NCBI GenBank assembly: GCA_963842445.1
Contig: CAWJHF010000009.1
Span: forward strand, 20,217-84,216
DNA length: 64,000 bases
DNA from: an uncultured Verrucomicrobiae bacterium
GTDB lineage: Bacteria; Verrucomicrobiota; Verrucomicrobiia; Limisphaerales; UBA11358
Direction of reading: 5' to 3'
The notes below the pieces were generated by a model. That model was not told the origin of the DNA, ran no database searches, and saw only the letters and a program-made list of their open reading frames with translations. Position 1 is the stretch's first letter. Every line of letters starts with the position of its first letter. Shown here in pieces: positions 34,418-43,300 of the stretch. Both the position numbers and the translations under genes were made by a program.

Positions 34418-36640
34418 TTACCTGGCGATTGACACGCCCAGAGCGCGCAATTGATTTTTGATTTCGGGGGAATCGGGCTTCAACCGCAACGCCGCCTCGT
34501 AGTCCAACGCCGCTTCTGCACGTGCCTTGTCTTTTTCCAGGCCGGGATCGCGAAGAATGGCGTTGGCCAGATTGGTGAAGGTTTCCGGGTCATCCGGTTT
34601 GAGCCACAGGCTTTCACGGAAATGCAGTTCCGCACTCCGCAGGTCGCCTTCCGACTCGAAGTGGGCGGCCCATCTTTGGTGAAGTTTCCGGGTAAATTCC
34701 GCAGTGTCAAAATTCCGCGCCAACCAGACGCCAGCCAGAGCGATGAGCGCAAGCAACAAAACCAAAAATTCAGCAAAGCCGTCCCGCCAAAAACCGGCTC
34801 GATGACAAGCCACGCTGAATCCGGCAAGCAGGACGCACAGTAACAATCCAGTCAACAATATGGCCACCGCGTGATTCAGCAGCAAAAGCGCGTAATAAGA
34901 CAGGCGACCCATTTCCTGGATTTCGCCCACTGCCACCCACGAGTCACGGCTTTGATCGGTGATTTCCAGCCGGAATGGATTTCGGGGAGCGGCGATGGTA
35001 ATCGTATGCCATCGCCCGATGATTTTGGGCGACAGTTTGATTATGCGGCCGGTCTGCTGTTCCACCAACTGGAGGCTGATGCCGTTCGTGCCCGGATCGC
35101 AGCACAACTGGATGTTCAATTCGGGCAGAGTGGCGGAGAGCGGTTGGCTGACAAAATGGCCGGGCGTGGCCGTCTCATTGGTTGAGTAGTTGCCCCACAC
35201 GCGGGTGAATTCCCGCTTGGGTTTTCCAGGCGGATAACCGTCCAAAACAAATGAGGCATCGGAGGTTTCGCCCTTCTCCAGTTTTAATGGCGAACGACAG
35301 GCGGCGGGCATGATGCGCGACAATTTCGGATCACGCAGCGACTCGATGAGCCAGCCGGAGTCCCACGCCGGAATATGCCAGACCGGTTTGTTCTGCAAAT
35401 ACTTGGGATCGCCGGTGGCGACAAACGCACGGACATTTTCCTCCTGAACCAGCCCCAATTGTCTGGTCCATGGCCAATACCCGTCCACCGTCCCGCGATC
35501 CGCGATTGCCCCCCGGGAGATCTGCCACATTCCCGCGAAAACGGAACCTGTCCATACTATGGCGAGCAGCACCGTCAGCCACCTTGAAAACCGGCGAAAC
35601 TCAGCGCCTTGCCAGATGACCAACCAACTCACAAGGCTGGCAATGGGGATGGCGCAATGCATGTCCAGGTAGCGGCTGCTGTTCCCAAGGTTCACGCGCC
35701 CGTATGCCAGAGCTGCTGATTGCAGAAAGCCCCAAAACCCAAAGGCGATAAGAAATTCAGCCGCTCTCGGAGACTTGAAGTCGGACCGGAAATATTCAAC
35801 CACGGTAATGATCAGCGGCAAACAAACGAAGAATGACATGGCCGGCTGATCTCCAAACGGCCACGCCAGATTGCCCGTCAGCGCATCCAAAAATGCCGGA
35901 AATGATTTTGCCTTAAAAGGCTTGTCTCCTTCAACGTTGACATGCAAAAGCAGACCAAAAACAAATACCGCCAGACAGCAACCGAGGGTGATGATCTGTT
36001 TCCGGGCGATGCGTTTTTCTTTCAGCATTCGGACAATCATCAAACCGATGACGGCCAGAGAAGCCAGCAAACCGGAACCCATTGTGACAATGGACATCAT
36101 TGCCGCGGCAAGCCCGAAAAACCAACGGACGCTCCCCGGCGATCCGAATCCCAGCCAGATGATTGCCGCAAGCGCAAAAATGCTCACAAAATACATCTGG
36201 GACTGGAAGCCATGAATCGTATTGTCCATCGCAAAGGGAAACGCGAAAAACGGCGCCAGCAGGAAACAAATCAAGCCTTCCCTTTTTTTGCCCGTCAAAA
36301 CCCACAGGCAATACGCCAAACCGCAGGCAAAGCCGGCGTGGATGAAGGCGTTGATCGTCATCTGCAGCAGCGGATCCCACTGGCCGTTGAGCCGCACCAC
36401 AAAAAGATCCAGCACGCGCGTAAAGAAAATCCTGTGCTCATTGTGTGGTGCGAACAATGCGCCCCACGTCAGATGGCCTTCCAGCCAGGGCTTGAACAAA
36501 AGCCTCGCCTCGGACCATTGATCCCAGTAAGGAATGGCCGTTGCATAAACCTGGATGACCCACAGCTTGGCACCTGCAATCACCAGAAACAACGCCGTCA
36601 GGCACGCGGTCAGCCTTAATTTGGGGTTATTGAACTGCAC
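34418..36640 (-). CDS. large polytopic membrane protein with extracytoplasmic insert and C-terminal TPR-like tail (paralogue B)
   Basis: 740 aa, GTG start at 36640. The N-terminal ~330 aa are collinear with 39030..40742 (LWV(I/V)Q(V/L)Y..., WDQW.EA, HNEHR/INEHR, LQMT/SINAFI). Confidence 0.75.
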   Translation of the reverse strand: MQFNNPKLRLTACLTALFLVIAGAKLWVIQVYATAIPYWDQWSEARLLFKPWLEGHLTWGALFAPHNEHRIFFTRVLDLFVVRLNGQWDPLLQMTINAFIHAGFACGLAYCLWVLTGKKREGLICFLLAPFFAFPFAMDNTIHGFQSQMYFVSIFALAAIIWLGFGSPGSVRWFFGLAAAMMSIVTMGSGLLASLAVIGLMIVRMLKEKRIARKQIITLGCCLAVFVFGLLLHVNVEGDKPFKAKSFPAFLDALTGNLAWPFGDQPAMSFFVCLPLIITVVEYFRSDFKSPRAAEFLIAFGFWGFLQSAALAYGRVNLGNSSRYLDMHCAIPIASLVSWLVIWQGAEFRRFSRWLTVLLAIVWTGSVFAGMWQISRGAIADRGTVDGYWPWTRQLGLVQEENVRAFVATGDPKYLQNKPVWHIPAWDSGWLIESLRDPKLSRIMPAACRSPLKLEKGETSDASFVLDGYPPGKPKREFTRVWGNYSTNETATPGHFVSQPLSATLPELNIQLCCDPGTNGISLQLVEQQTGRIIKLSPKIIGRWHTITIAAPRNPFRLEITDQSRDSWVAVGEIQEMGRLSYYALLLLNHAVAILLTGLLLCVLLAGFSVACHRAGFWRDGFAEFLVLLLALIALAGVWLARNFDTAEFTRKLHQRWAAHFESEGDLRSAELHFRESLWLKPDDPETFTNLANAILRDPGLEKDKARAEAALDYEAALRLKPDSPEIKNQLRALGVSIAR

Positions 36641-36866
36641 GCGGTCCTTCCTTTGATTCCTTTAACACATCCGCTTTGTGTTCGAAAATCGCCGCGCGTT
36701 TGAGGTTATTCACGGATTTGAAATACACCGCTAGTTCGCGTTGCATTCCATATTCAACTGATTCGCGTTGGAGCGAGCGTCTCGACCAGACAAACCCAAG
36801 CGCCGCCAAAACGGCCAGCAAGACGATGATTCCCGCCGGATTTGCCCGCGCCAAACCGAGGGTCCC
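36627..36866 (-). pseudogene. relic 3' end (~79 codons) of a paralogue-A-type membrane protein gene
   Basis: ...LGLARANPAGIIVLLAVLAALGFVWSRRSLQRESVEYGMQRELAVYFKSVNNLKRAAIFEHKADVL... aligns with the C-terminus of 39030..40742 (...LLTLLAALGFVWSKAPIKRATVELTLQSQLADYFKSVNNPERAAFHEHKADEL...). The upstream part of ORF 36627..37145 has no homology. Confidence 0.6.
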
Positions 36867-36879
36867 GCGGGCCAGCCCG

Positions 36880-36958
36880 CATCCGCAAAGACCGGGTCGT
36901 GGGCAGTTACTTCCGGACGGACAGTGGCCAAAGCCTGTGGCCGCCGGGACAGGTTTGA
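36880..36958 (+). pseudogene. relic 3' end (25 codons plus stop) of a PurD-like gene
   Basis: Reads IRKDRVVGSYFRTDSGQSLWPPGQV-stop, compared with IRKIRVVGSYFRTDVGQSLWPPGNV-stop at 34267-34345. 57 of 69 nt are identical. Confidence 0.65.
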
Positions 36959-37075
36959 CATGGATTGCACCGATCCACACGAACTGAAAGTTTGTCGAGC
37001 TGGCAGACGCCAAAGCATGGCACAGGGCGTGTGAAACCGCCCGGTCAGTCTGGCTGGCGCCTGAATTTAGCCTCC

Positions 37076-39088
37076 TCATTTTTTGGTGTCCGGTTGCGGA
37101 TAGTCCAATCGGTATAAACGAAGCCGCATTGGCGATTGATAACAAGCCGCCGAGCCGGATTGGGTTAAAGCGAAGACTGTCATAGACGTTACCGTGGCAT
37201 CGGTCAGGCGGCGCTCGTCGTGTGTAGCCAGCGCAATGAACGAGGCGTTGTCGTTGATAAACGGCGACAGCAGGAATCCGCCGCTAGCCATGCCGGGAAC
37301 CAGACGGAAGTACAGTCGTTGACCGTTTCGCAGGGACACTGCCAGCACCAAGGTTGGCGGCTTGTAGAGCGCAGCAATGAATGATCCCAGCAGGGTTTTG
37401 TTTATCTCCAATTCGGCCCAGAGGGCACCGTTGGTCGTCGCTGGCAGCATGACGGGCTCGGCGAAGCGAATGAGCGAATCCTTGAGCGGCACTAAGTGAT
37501 ATTCCCCGGGCGTGGCGGATTTCTTCAAAAGCACAAAATCCCTCGTCGTGCCTTGGACGTTGTATCGGGTCAAAAGTTCCGGCCAAGATCGGCCGTCATC
37601 GAGTGAAGGGTATCGCCCATCCAATGTTCGGAGGGTGAATAGAACATTGTCAGCAGTGCGCCCGACGCGCAGATAGGCCGCGTTCATTTCGGCCAGGGCC
37701 AGTGTGTAGGCGGAATAGCTTTGGAAGACAGGTCGCGGCGTATAACGCAAACCGTGGGCGAAGATGACGACTTGATCCCAAGGATATACATCCACTGTAC
37801 CACCTAATTCCGGCAGGGGATACGCATCACGGATTTCAGCAAGGCGATTTTCATACGCGGTTTTCATGGCATTCGCCTCGTAAAGCAGCTTTGCCGGAGA
37901 CAGGACGATACGGGGATCGAATGTTTCGACGAAGCGCATGAACAAACCCTTTCCCGGAACGCAACGGTTAAACGCCAGGAAGGCATACATCAAAATGACG
38001 ATACCCAGCAACCAGCCCATCAGCATGGTTTTCCTGCTTCTGTTTCGCAAAAACGGTTGCGCCGCCCCCAAACCCAACAAACCAATTAACAACACCGTGA
38101 GTACTGCCTCGGATTCGTGTTGGTCATGCCTGACAAAGCCGTGCTTGAAGGCAAGGAAAAGCACAAGTCCCAAACCGATCAACGGCAACGTGCCAAACCA
38201 TCTATATTTCGTGGACGCCGCCATGCCTATCGGGACACACGCTCCGGCGGCGGCCAGCCAAAAAACCACTGCGTCCCGAAGTTCCGTTCCCCCGCCGGTC
38301 ATCATCGCCTCGGTGTAACCACTGGTGATCCGCCATGAATTGCATAAAAACGGCCCGAACGAACTCAAGCGTTGTCCGGCAGCCAGCCAGAAGAAAAGTA
38401 CACTGAGGCCAAACACGGCTAACAGCCAAGGAATCCGGCAACGTCGCAATACGTCATCCGCCGCAATAGTGAGCACAATTCCCCCCGCCATCAGCAAGCC
38501 GGTAAACTTGGTCAACCCCAACAAAGCCAGCGATATCACCAACAGGATTTTTATCATCGAGAATGCGGTGTCATTCACAAAAAAGTGCAGGAACAACAAA
38601 ATTAAAACCCAGGCATCCAGTCGAACGTCGAAATCCTGATCCACCGGCAACCCTGTGACGCCGATGCATCCTATCATCCACAACCATGCCACGGATTCAT
38701 GCATCCAGAAACGGCGGGCCATCTGCCAGAGGCACCACCATAAAACGATCGCCAGTGTCATCCATACCATCGTGGAAACCATGAATGTCGGCGGATAGTA
38801 CCCGCCGCACAAAAATCCCCATGGCCCAAAGGTAAAGACGAGATCGCGTCCGAACTGCAGATGTTGGACAAAGGCGAAATGCAACGTTTGCACCCAGGAT
38901 TCATCTAGGGTGTAAACCGGACTATGGCCAGGAGGCGAACAAGGCACGAAACGCGAGATGGTGTAAGCCAGTGTAGTCAACCCAACCAGCCAATGAACCG
39001 GGAACCACGTCCGGAGCCACATTTTGGAATCAGTGGGCGGCATGCGATTCCTCCATTGCCGCTCGTAGCTCATCGGCCTTATGTTCAT
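37076..39088 (-). CDS. large polytopic membrane protein with C-terminal soluble domain (unknown family)
   Basis: 670-aa ORF with many TM segments followed by a ~270-aa hydrophilic C-terminal region. Start uncertain (Met codons at 39088, 39073, 39043, 39022). Confidence 0.7.
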   Translation of the reverse strand: MNIRPMSYERQWRNRMPPTDSKMWLRTWFPVHWLVGLTTLAYTISRFVPCSPPGHSPVYTLDESWVQTLHFAFVQHLQFGRDLVFTFGPWGFLCGGYYPPTFMVSTMVWMTLAIVLWWCLWQMARRFWMHESVAWLWMIGCIGVTGLPVDQDFDVRLDAWVLILLFLHFFVNDTAFSMIKILLVISLALLGLTKFTGLLMAGGIVLTIAADDVLRRCRIPWLLAVFGLSVLFFWLAAGQRLSSFGPFLCNSWRITSGYTEAMMTGGGTELRDAVVFWLAAAGACVPIGMAASTKYRWFGTLPLIGLGLVLFLAFKHGFVRHDQHESEAVLTVLLIGLLGLGAAQPFLRNRSRKTMLMGWLLGIVILMYAFLAFNRCVPGKGLFMRFVETFDPRIVLSPAKLLYEANAMKTAYENRLAEIRDAYPLPELGGTVDVYPWDQVVIFAHGLRYTPRPVFQSYSAYTLALAEMNAAYLRVGRTADNVLFTLRTLDGRYPSLDDGRSWPELLTRYNVQGTTRDFVLLKKSATPGEYHLVPLKDSLIRFAEPVMLPATTNGALWAELEINKTLLGSFIAALYKPPTLVLAVSLRNGQRLYFRLVPGMASGGFLLSPFINDNASFIALATHDERRLTDATVTSMTVFALTQSGSAACYQSPMRLRLYRLDYPQPDTKK

Positions 39089-40742
39089 GGAAGGCCGCGC
39101 GTTCGGGGTTGTTCACGGATTTAAAATAATCGGCGAGCTGAGATTGCAGCGTCAGTTCCACGGTTGCGCGTTTGATCGGCGCCTTTGACCAGACGAAACC
39201 GAGCGCGGCCAGCAGAGTCAGCAACGCGATAAAGGCGGGTACATTTTCACGCGTAAGCCCCACCGGAGCCCGGATCAATCTGTAGCCCACGAGGCCGATG
39301 AAAAAAGCAAGTCCTACATAGACAATCGTGGCGGATTGTCGCAGCAGCCAATCAGAGACGGGGACGAGCTGGCCAGCGGCGGGACGTAAAGCCGGAGGCA
39401 GGCATGCGGCAGGCAGGATGGTTTGCAGTTTCGGATCCTGCAACAACCTCAGCGCCAGTTTCGGGTTTGGCCGCACGGTGGGCGGCGCAAGAAATTCGCG
39501 CTCGTCGCCCGTTGCCCAGAATGTTTCGATGCTTTCCTCCGCCGTCAGGTTCATCAGCCGAGTGGGAATCAAAAGATTGTCCACCACGATTTGTGAAATC
39601 CGGCAAATTCCGAAAAAAATGACGCCGGCAAAGAGCAACGGCAACAACATTCCTACCCATCCCGGAAGCCCTCCGCGCGGCCACATTTGCGGAAGCAACA
39701 CCGTCGCGAAAAGACTGACAATGACCAAAATATTCAACACATCCATGTACCGGCTGGCAGGGATGATGTCCCCGTAATTGGCACGCCCATAGGCGAGCGC
39801 CGCTGACTGCAAGCCGCTCCACAGTCCGAGCGCCAGCAGAAACTCGGCCGCCCGTGATTCGGGAAAGCCTGGCCGGAGATAGAAGAACAGCAATAAAACC
39901 AGAGGCAGGAGAATTAGACACGCCATTTCCGGGGTGCGGAAAAATGGCCATTCCAAGTTGCGCACCAAAGCGGAGGTAAACTCCATCAAGGTATGCGCCC
40001 GCAAAGGACGATCCGCCGCCATCGGCACACGCAAGGCCAGACCCAGTGCCATGACCACCACACACATGCCCGACGTGATTAAACTCTCCTTTTCCATCCG
40101 CCGATATTTGATGGTGCGCAAAATCATCAATCCGCCGACCGTCGCCGCCGCGAGAAAACCCGAGGCCATGGTAAACAAACCCATGACTGCCATGAGCAGC
40201 CCGAACCACCAGCGCCGGTTGCACGGCTTCCCGAATCCAAGTCCGGCCAGCGTCGCCAGCAAACAAATGCTCATGAAATATTGCTGCGAATTCATCGGCC
40301 AAAGGGCGTTTTCCGCGGCATACGGCAGCGCGAAAAATGGCGCCAGCAGGAAACAAATAAGCCAACCGTTTTTTCGCCCCAGAAAATCCCACAAACAAAA
40401 GGCCAGCCCGCAAGCAAAAGCCGCGCGGATGAAGGCGTTGACCGACATTTGCAGCATCGGCTCCCACCGCCCGTTCAACCCGATGACGCCCAGATCGAGC
40501 AGGTGTGTGAAGAGGGGCCGGTGTTCGTTAATGGGCGCAAAAAAGTCCTTCCAGCCCAGGCGGCCTTCTACCCAGGGCCGGAAGAACGAATCCGCTTCAA
40601 ACCACTGGTCCCACATCGGCAGGGGCGATCCATAAAGTTGCACCACCCATAGTTGGGCGCCCACCACGACCAAAAACAACGCCACCAACCATGCGATAAA
40701 ATGCTTGAACAAGTCGTTGGGCTGATTGGCTGGTCCGGTCAT
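39030..40742 (-). CDS. large polytopic membrane protein (paralogue A)
   Basis: 570 aa, collinear with 34418..36640. Confidence 0.75.
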   Translation of the reverse strand: MTGPANQPNDLFKHFIAWLVALFLVVVGAQLWVVQLYGSPLPMWDQWFEADSFFRPWVEGRLGWKDFFAPINEHRPLFTHLLDLGVIGLNGRWEPMLQMSVNAFIRAAFACGLAFCLWDFLGRKNGWLICFLLAPFFALPYAAENALWPMNSQQYFMSICLLATLAGLGFGKPCNRRWWFGLLMAVMGLFTMASGFLAAATVGGLMILRTIKYRRMEKESLITSGMCVVVMALGLALRVPMAADRPLRAHTLMEFTSALVRNLEWPFFRTPEMACLILLPLVLLLFFYLRPGFPESRAAEFLLALGLWSGLQSAALAYGRANYGDIIPASRYMDVLNILVIVSLFATVLLPQMWPRGGLPGWVGMLLPLLFAGVIFFGICRISQIVVDNLLIPTRLMNLTAEESIETFWATGDEREFLAPPTVRPNPKLALRLLQDPKLQTILPAACLPPALRPAAGQLVPVSDWLLRQSATIVYVGLAFFIGLVGYRLIRAPVGLTRENVPAFIALLTLLAALGFVWSKAPIKRATVELTLQSQLADYFKSVNNPERAAFHEHKADELRAAMEESHAAH

Positions 40743-40888
40743 TTCGAGAAACCTTAATCGGGCGTGCGCCTAAATCAATTCCATAACGACGCATGTCCGC
40801 AAACCAATCGCCGGTCCCCGATCCGGCCATCGCGCCGGATTTTTCGTGTCTTTTGAGTTGATTCGTGGTTAAACAGTTCCCGGCGTTT

Positions 40889-42088
40889 ATGGATTTTGAT
40901 TCGACAGTTTTTCCGCTGCGGCCGGCGTGGGTGGAAATTGACCTCGCGCGGCTGCGAAACAACCTGCGTCTCATCCGCCGCGACCTGCCGCAGCACGTGC
41001 AGTTGATGGCCGTGGTGAAGGACGAGGCTTACGGACACGGCGCGCTCGACGCAGCGCGCATCGCGCTCGAAGAAGGCGCCTGGGGCCTCGGCCTGAGCAC
41101 GCTCGAAGAGGCGATGTCGCTGCGTGAGGCGGGCATCACCGCGCCGATGCTGCTGCTGGGCGAACGGCAGGAAGCCGAATTGCCGTGGTGCGTGGAGCAT
41201 GACCTGACCGTTTGCATCAACGGGCCCCACACCGTCCGCCAGCTCGCGCGCATCGCGGCGGCGCATGACAAACGCGTGCCGGTGCATCTGAAAATCCACA
41301 CGGGCATGAGCCGCTTCGGCGTGCGCTGGGATGAAGCGCAGCCACTCATCGAACAAATCCTTGCCGAAAAATCGCTGTTGCTCGAAGGCGTGATGACGCA
41401 CTTCGCCCAATCGGACGAAACGGAAAAGACCTTCGCCAACCTGCAATTCTCCCGTTTCGATGAAGTTTTGCGCGGCATGGCGGCGCGAGGCATTTTCGTA
41501 AAGCTGCGCCACACGTGCAACAGCGGTGGCTTTCTCGATTTGCCGCACGCGCACCTCGACATGGTCCGCGTCGGCATTTTGCTTTACGGGATTTTTCCAT
41601 CATCGGTCTGCCGCCGGATTCCCGGCATCGAACCGGTGATGTCAGTCAAGGCGCGCATCGCGGCGATCCAGAAATTGAAGCCGGGCGAAGTCGTTGGTTA
41701 CGGCATGCGTTACACGGCACCGTCCGAGCGGCGCATCGCGGTGTTGCCCATCGGTTACGGCGACGGTTTTCCGCGCGTGCGCAATCAGGGCGGCGCGCTC
41801 ATCCACGGTCAACGCGCCCCGCTCATCGGCGGCATTGCGATGGACGCGCTGATGGTGGACATCACGGACATTCCCGAGGCGCAACCGTGGGACGAAGCCG
41901 TGCTGATGGGCAGACAAGGCGAGGAGGAAATCACCGTGCATGACATCGCGAAGCTGAAAAACTCGGTGAGTTATGACGTGTTGACGAACTGGCGGCTGCG
42001 GTTGCGGAGAAAATCGGTGAACGGCGGCAAACAAAGTCAGACACAGATTGCACAGATTAACACGGATTTAATCAGTGCAAATCCGTAA
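40889..42088 (+). CDS. alr: alanine racemase
   Basis: AWVEIDLARLRNNLRLIRR ... MAVVKDEAYGHGA carries the PLP-lysine motif. Start ATG at 40889 within ORF 40865..42088. Confidence 0.85.
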   Translation: MDFDSTVFPLRPAWVEIDLARLRNNLRLIRRDLPQHVQLMAVVKDEAYGHGALDAARIALEEGAWGLGLSTLEEAMSLREAGITAPMLLLGERQEAELPWCVEHDLTVCINGPHTVRQLARIAAAHDKRVPVHLKIHTGMSRFGVRWDEAQPLIEQILAEKSLLLEGVMTHFAQSDETEKTFANLQFSRFDEVLRGMAARGIFVKLRHTCNSGGFLDLPHAHLDMVRVGILLYGIFPSSVCRRIPGIEPVMSVKARIAAIQKLKPGEVVGYGMRYTAPSERRIAVLPIGYGDGFPRVRNQGGALIHGQRAPLIGGIAMDALMVDITDIPEAQPWDEAVLMGRQGEEEITVHDIAKLKNSVSYDVLTNWRLRLRRKSVNGGKQSQTQIAQINTDLISANP

Positions 42089-42099
42089 AATTCGTGTCT
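42039..42099. repeat. palindromic element overlapping the alr stop
   Basis: agacac...gtgtct outer stem and acggattt-(9 nt)-aaatccgt inner stem, with a tandem cacagatt motif. Encodes the alr tail ...SQTQIAQINTDLISANP. Confidence 0.55.
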
Positions 42100-42104
42100 C
42101 TCGC

Positions 42105-42908
42105 ATGAAGCTGCTTTTCTCCGAACAAAATTCTGATTACGAGCACTACCAGTTTCCCTACGCCATCTGGGCGGTGCCGGAGGAAGGCGAAACACCGTCG
42201 GACATCTTCGATGCGGGCTTCCTGCCGTCGTCGCGCAATCTTGACCGCTTTTATCTCTGCCGGCAGGTGCGCGTGCACCTCGCGAAGTTCAAGCCATCGT
42301 CCGAGAACCGCCGCATTTTGCGCAAAGGCGCGGGCATCGAGGTGAAGCTCGTCCCGCGCGACAAATACGATTACACGCCGGAGCGCCGCCAGTTTTTCAA
42401 GACCTACGCCGACATCAAATTCGGCAAGGACGTGATGACGTTCGAGCGGCTCGATGCGCTGTTTAGCTCGCCCATCATTTCACATCTGCTGGTGTTCACG
42501 GACGTGAAGACCGGCGGCGAAGTCGGCGTGGCGACGGTGTATCTCGAAGGCCGGGAACTCGCGTTTTACTACTACGCGTTCTACGACCTGAATTATTATG
42601 CGCGCAACCTCGGCATGTTCATGATGACCTCGGCGGCGGCGCTGTTCGCCGAACGCGGCTTCAAACAGCTTTACCTCGGCACGTGCTATTCGCAGACGGC
42701 GCTGTATAAAACGCAGTTTGCCGGCGCGGAATTTTTCAACGGGTTCCGCTGGTCGGACGATCTGGATGAACTGAAATTCATCATCCAGCGCGACAAAAAG
42801 GAACTGGACCAGCACCTGCTCGAAACCGAGGAATACCGCGACGAATTTTACAAGGGCGGCCTCGGCAAAATCACCGAGGCCAGCGCATTCCGGGTGAAGG
42901 TGAAGTGA
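42105..42908 (+). CDS. arginyl-tRNA--protein transferase (ATE/Bpt)-like protein, divergent
   Basis: The C-terminal half ...AFYYYAFYDLNYYARNLGMFMMTSAAALFAERGFKQLYLGTCYSQTALYKTQFAGAEFFNGFRW resembles the ATE_C domain. The N-terminal Cys motifs are absent. Confidence 0.5.
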   Translation: MKLLFSEQNSDYEHYQFPYAIWAVPEEGETPSDIFDAGFLPSSRNLDRFYLCRQVRVHLAKFKPSSENRRILRKGAGIEVKLVPRDKYDYTPERRQFFKTYADIKFGKDVMTFERLDALFSSPIISHLLVFTDVKTGGEVGVATVYLEGRELAFYYYAFYDLNYYARNLGMFMMTSAAALFAERGFKQLYLGTCYSQTALYKTQFAGAEFFNGFRWSDDLDELKFIIQRDKKELDQHLLETEEYRDEFYKGGLGKITEASAFRVKVK

Positions 42909-43281
42909 GCATCACGCCGCTGCTGGACCTGGTGTTTGTGCTGCTGGTCATTTTCATCATCACGACGCCGCAGATGATGAACAATCTCGAAATGACACTG
43001 CCTTCAGGCAAACCGCCGCCCAAGACCAACCAGCCCAAACCCAAAATCAACAAGATTGTGGTGGACGCGAAGGGACAAACCTTTTTGAACGAGGAACTCG
43101 TCACTATTCCGGCGCTCAAGGACAAACTGCAACAATTGCAATCCGACGATCCGGTTTGAGCGCAGTGGTCAAGGGTGCCGATGATGTGGACTGTCAAAAC
43201 ATGATCTGCGTGCTGGACGTCCCCCGTTAGCTCGACATCACCAAGGTCGGCCGGGCAACGGAAGCCGCTGCGACGCCTTGA
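42905..43281 (+). pseudogene. exbD: degenerate ExbD/TolR biopolymer transport gene
   Basis: Begins directly at the TM motif SITPLLDLVFVLLVIFIITTP with no cytoplasmic N-terminus. The frame breaks at ~43157 (...QSDDPV-stop). The remainder, AVVKGADDVDCQNMICVLDVPR-stop-LDITKVGRATEA, is in another frame with an internal stop. Confidence 0.6.
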
Positions 43282-43300
43282 CTCCGGACATCAAAAAACT

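Noticed and set aside
36867-37145. Treating ORF 36627..37145 as an intact 172-aa gene
   Set aside because: Only the last ~79 residues have homology (to paralogue A). The upstream part is antisense to the PurD-like relic and low-complexity.
40775-41577. Minus-strand ORFs opposite alr
   Set aside because: They are antisense to a well-supported alanine racemase.
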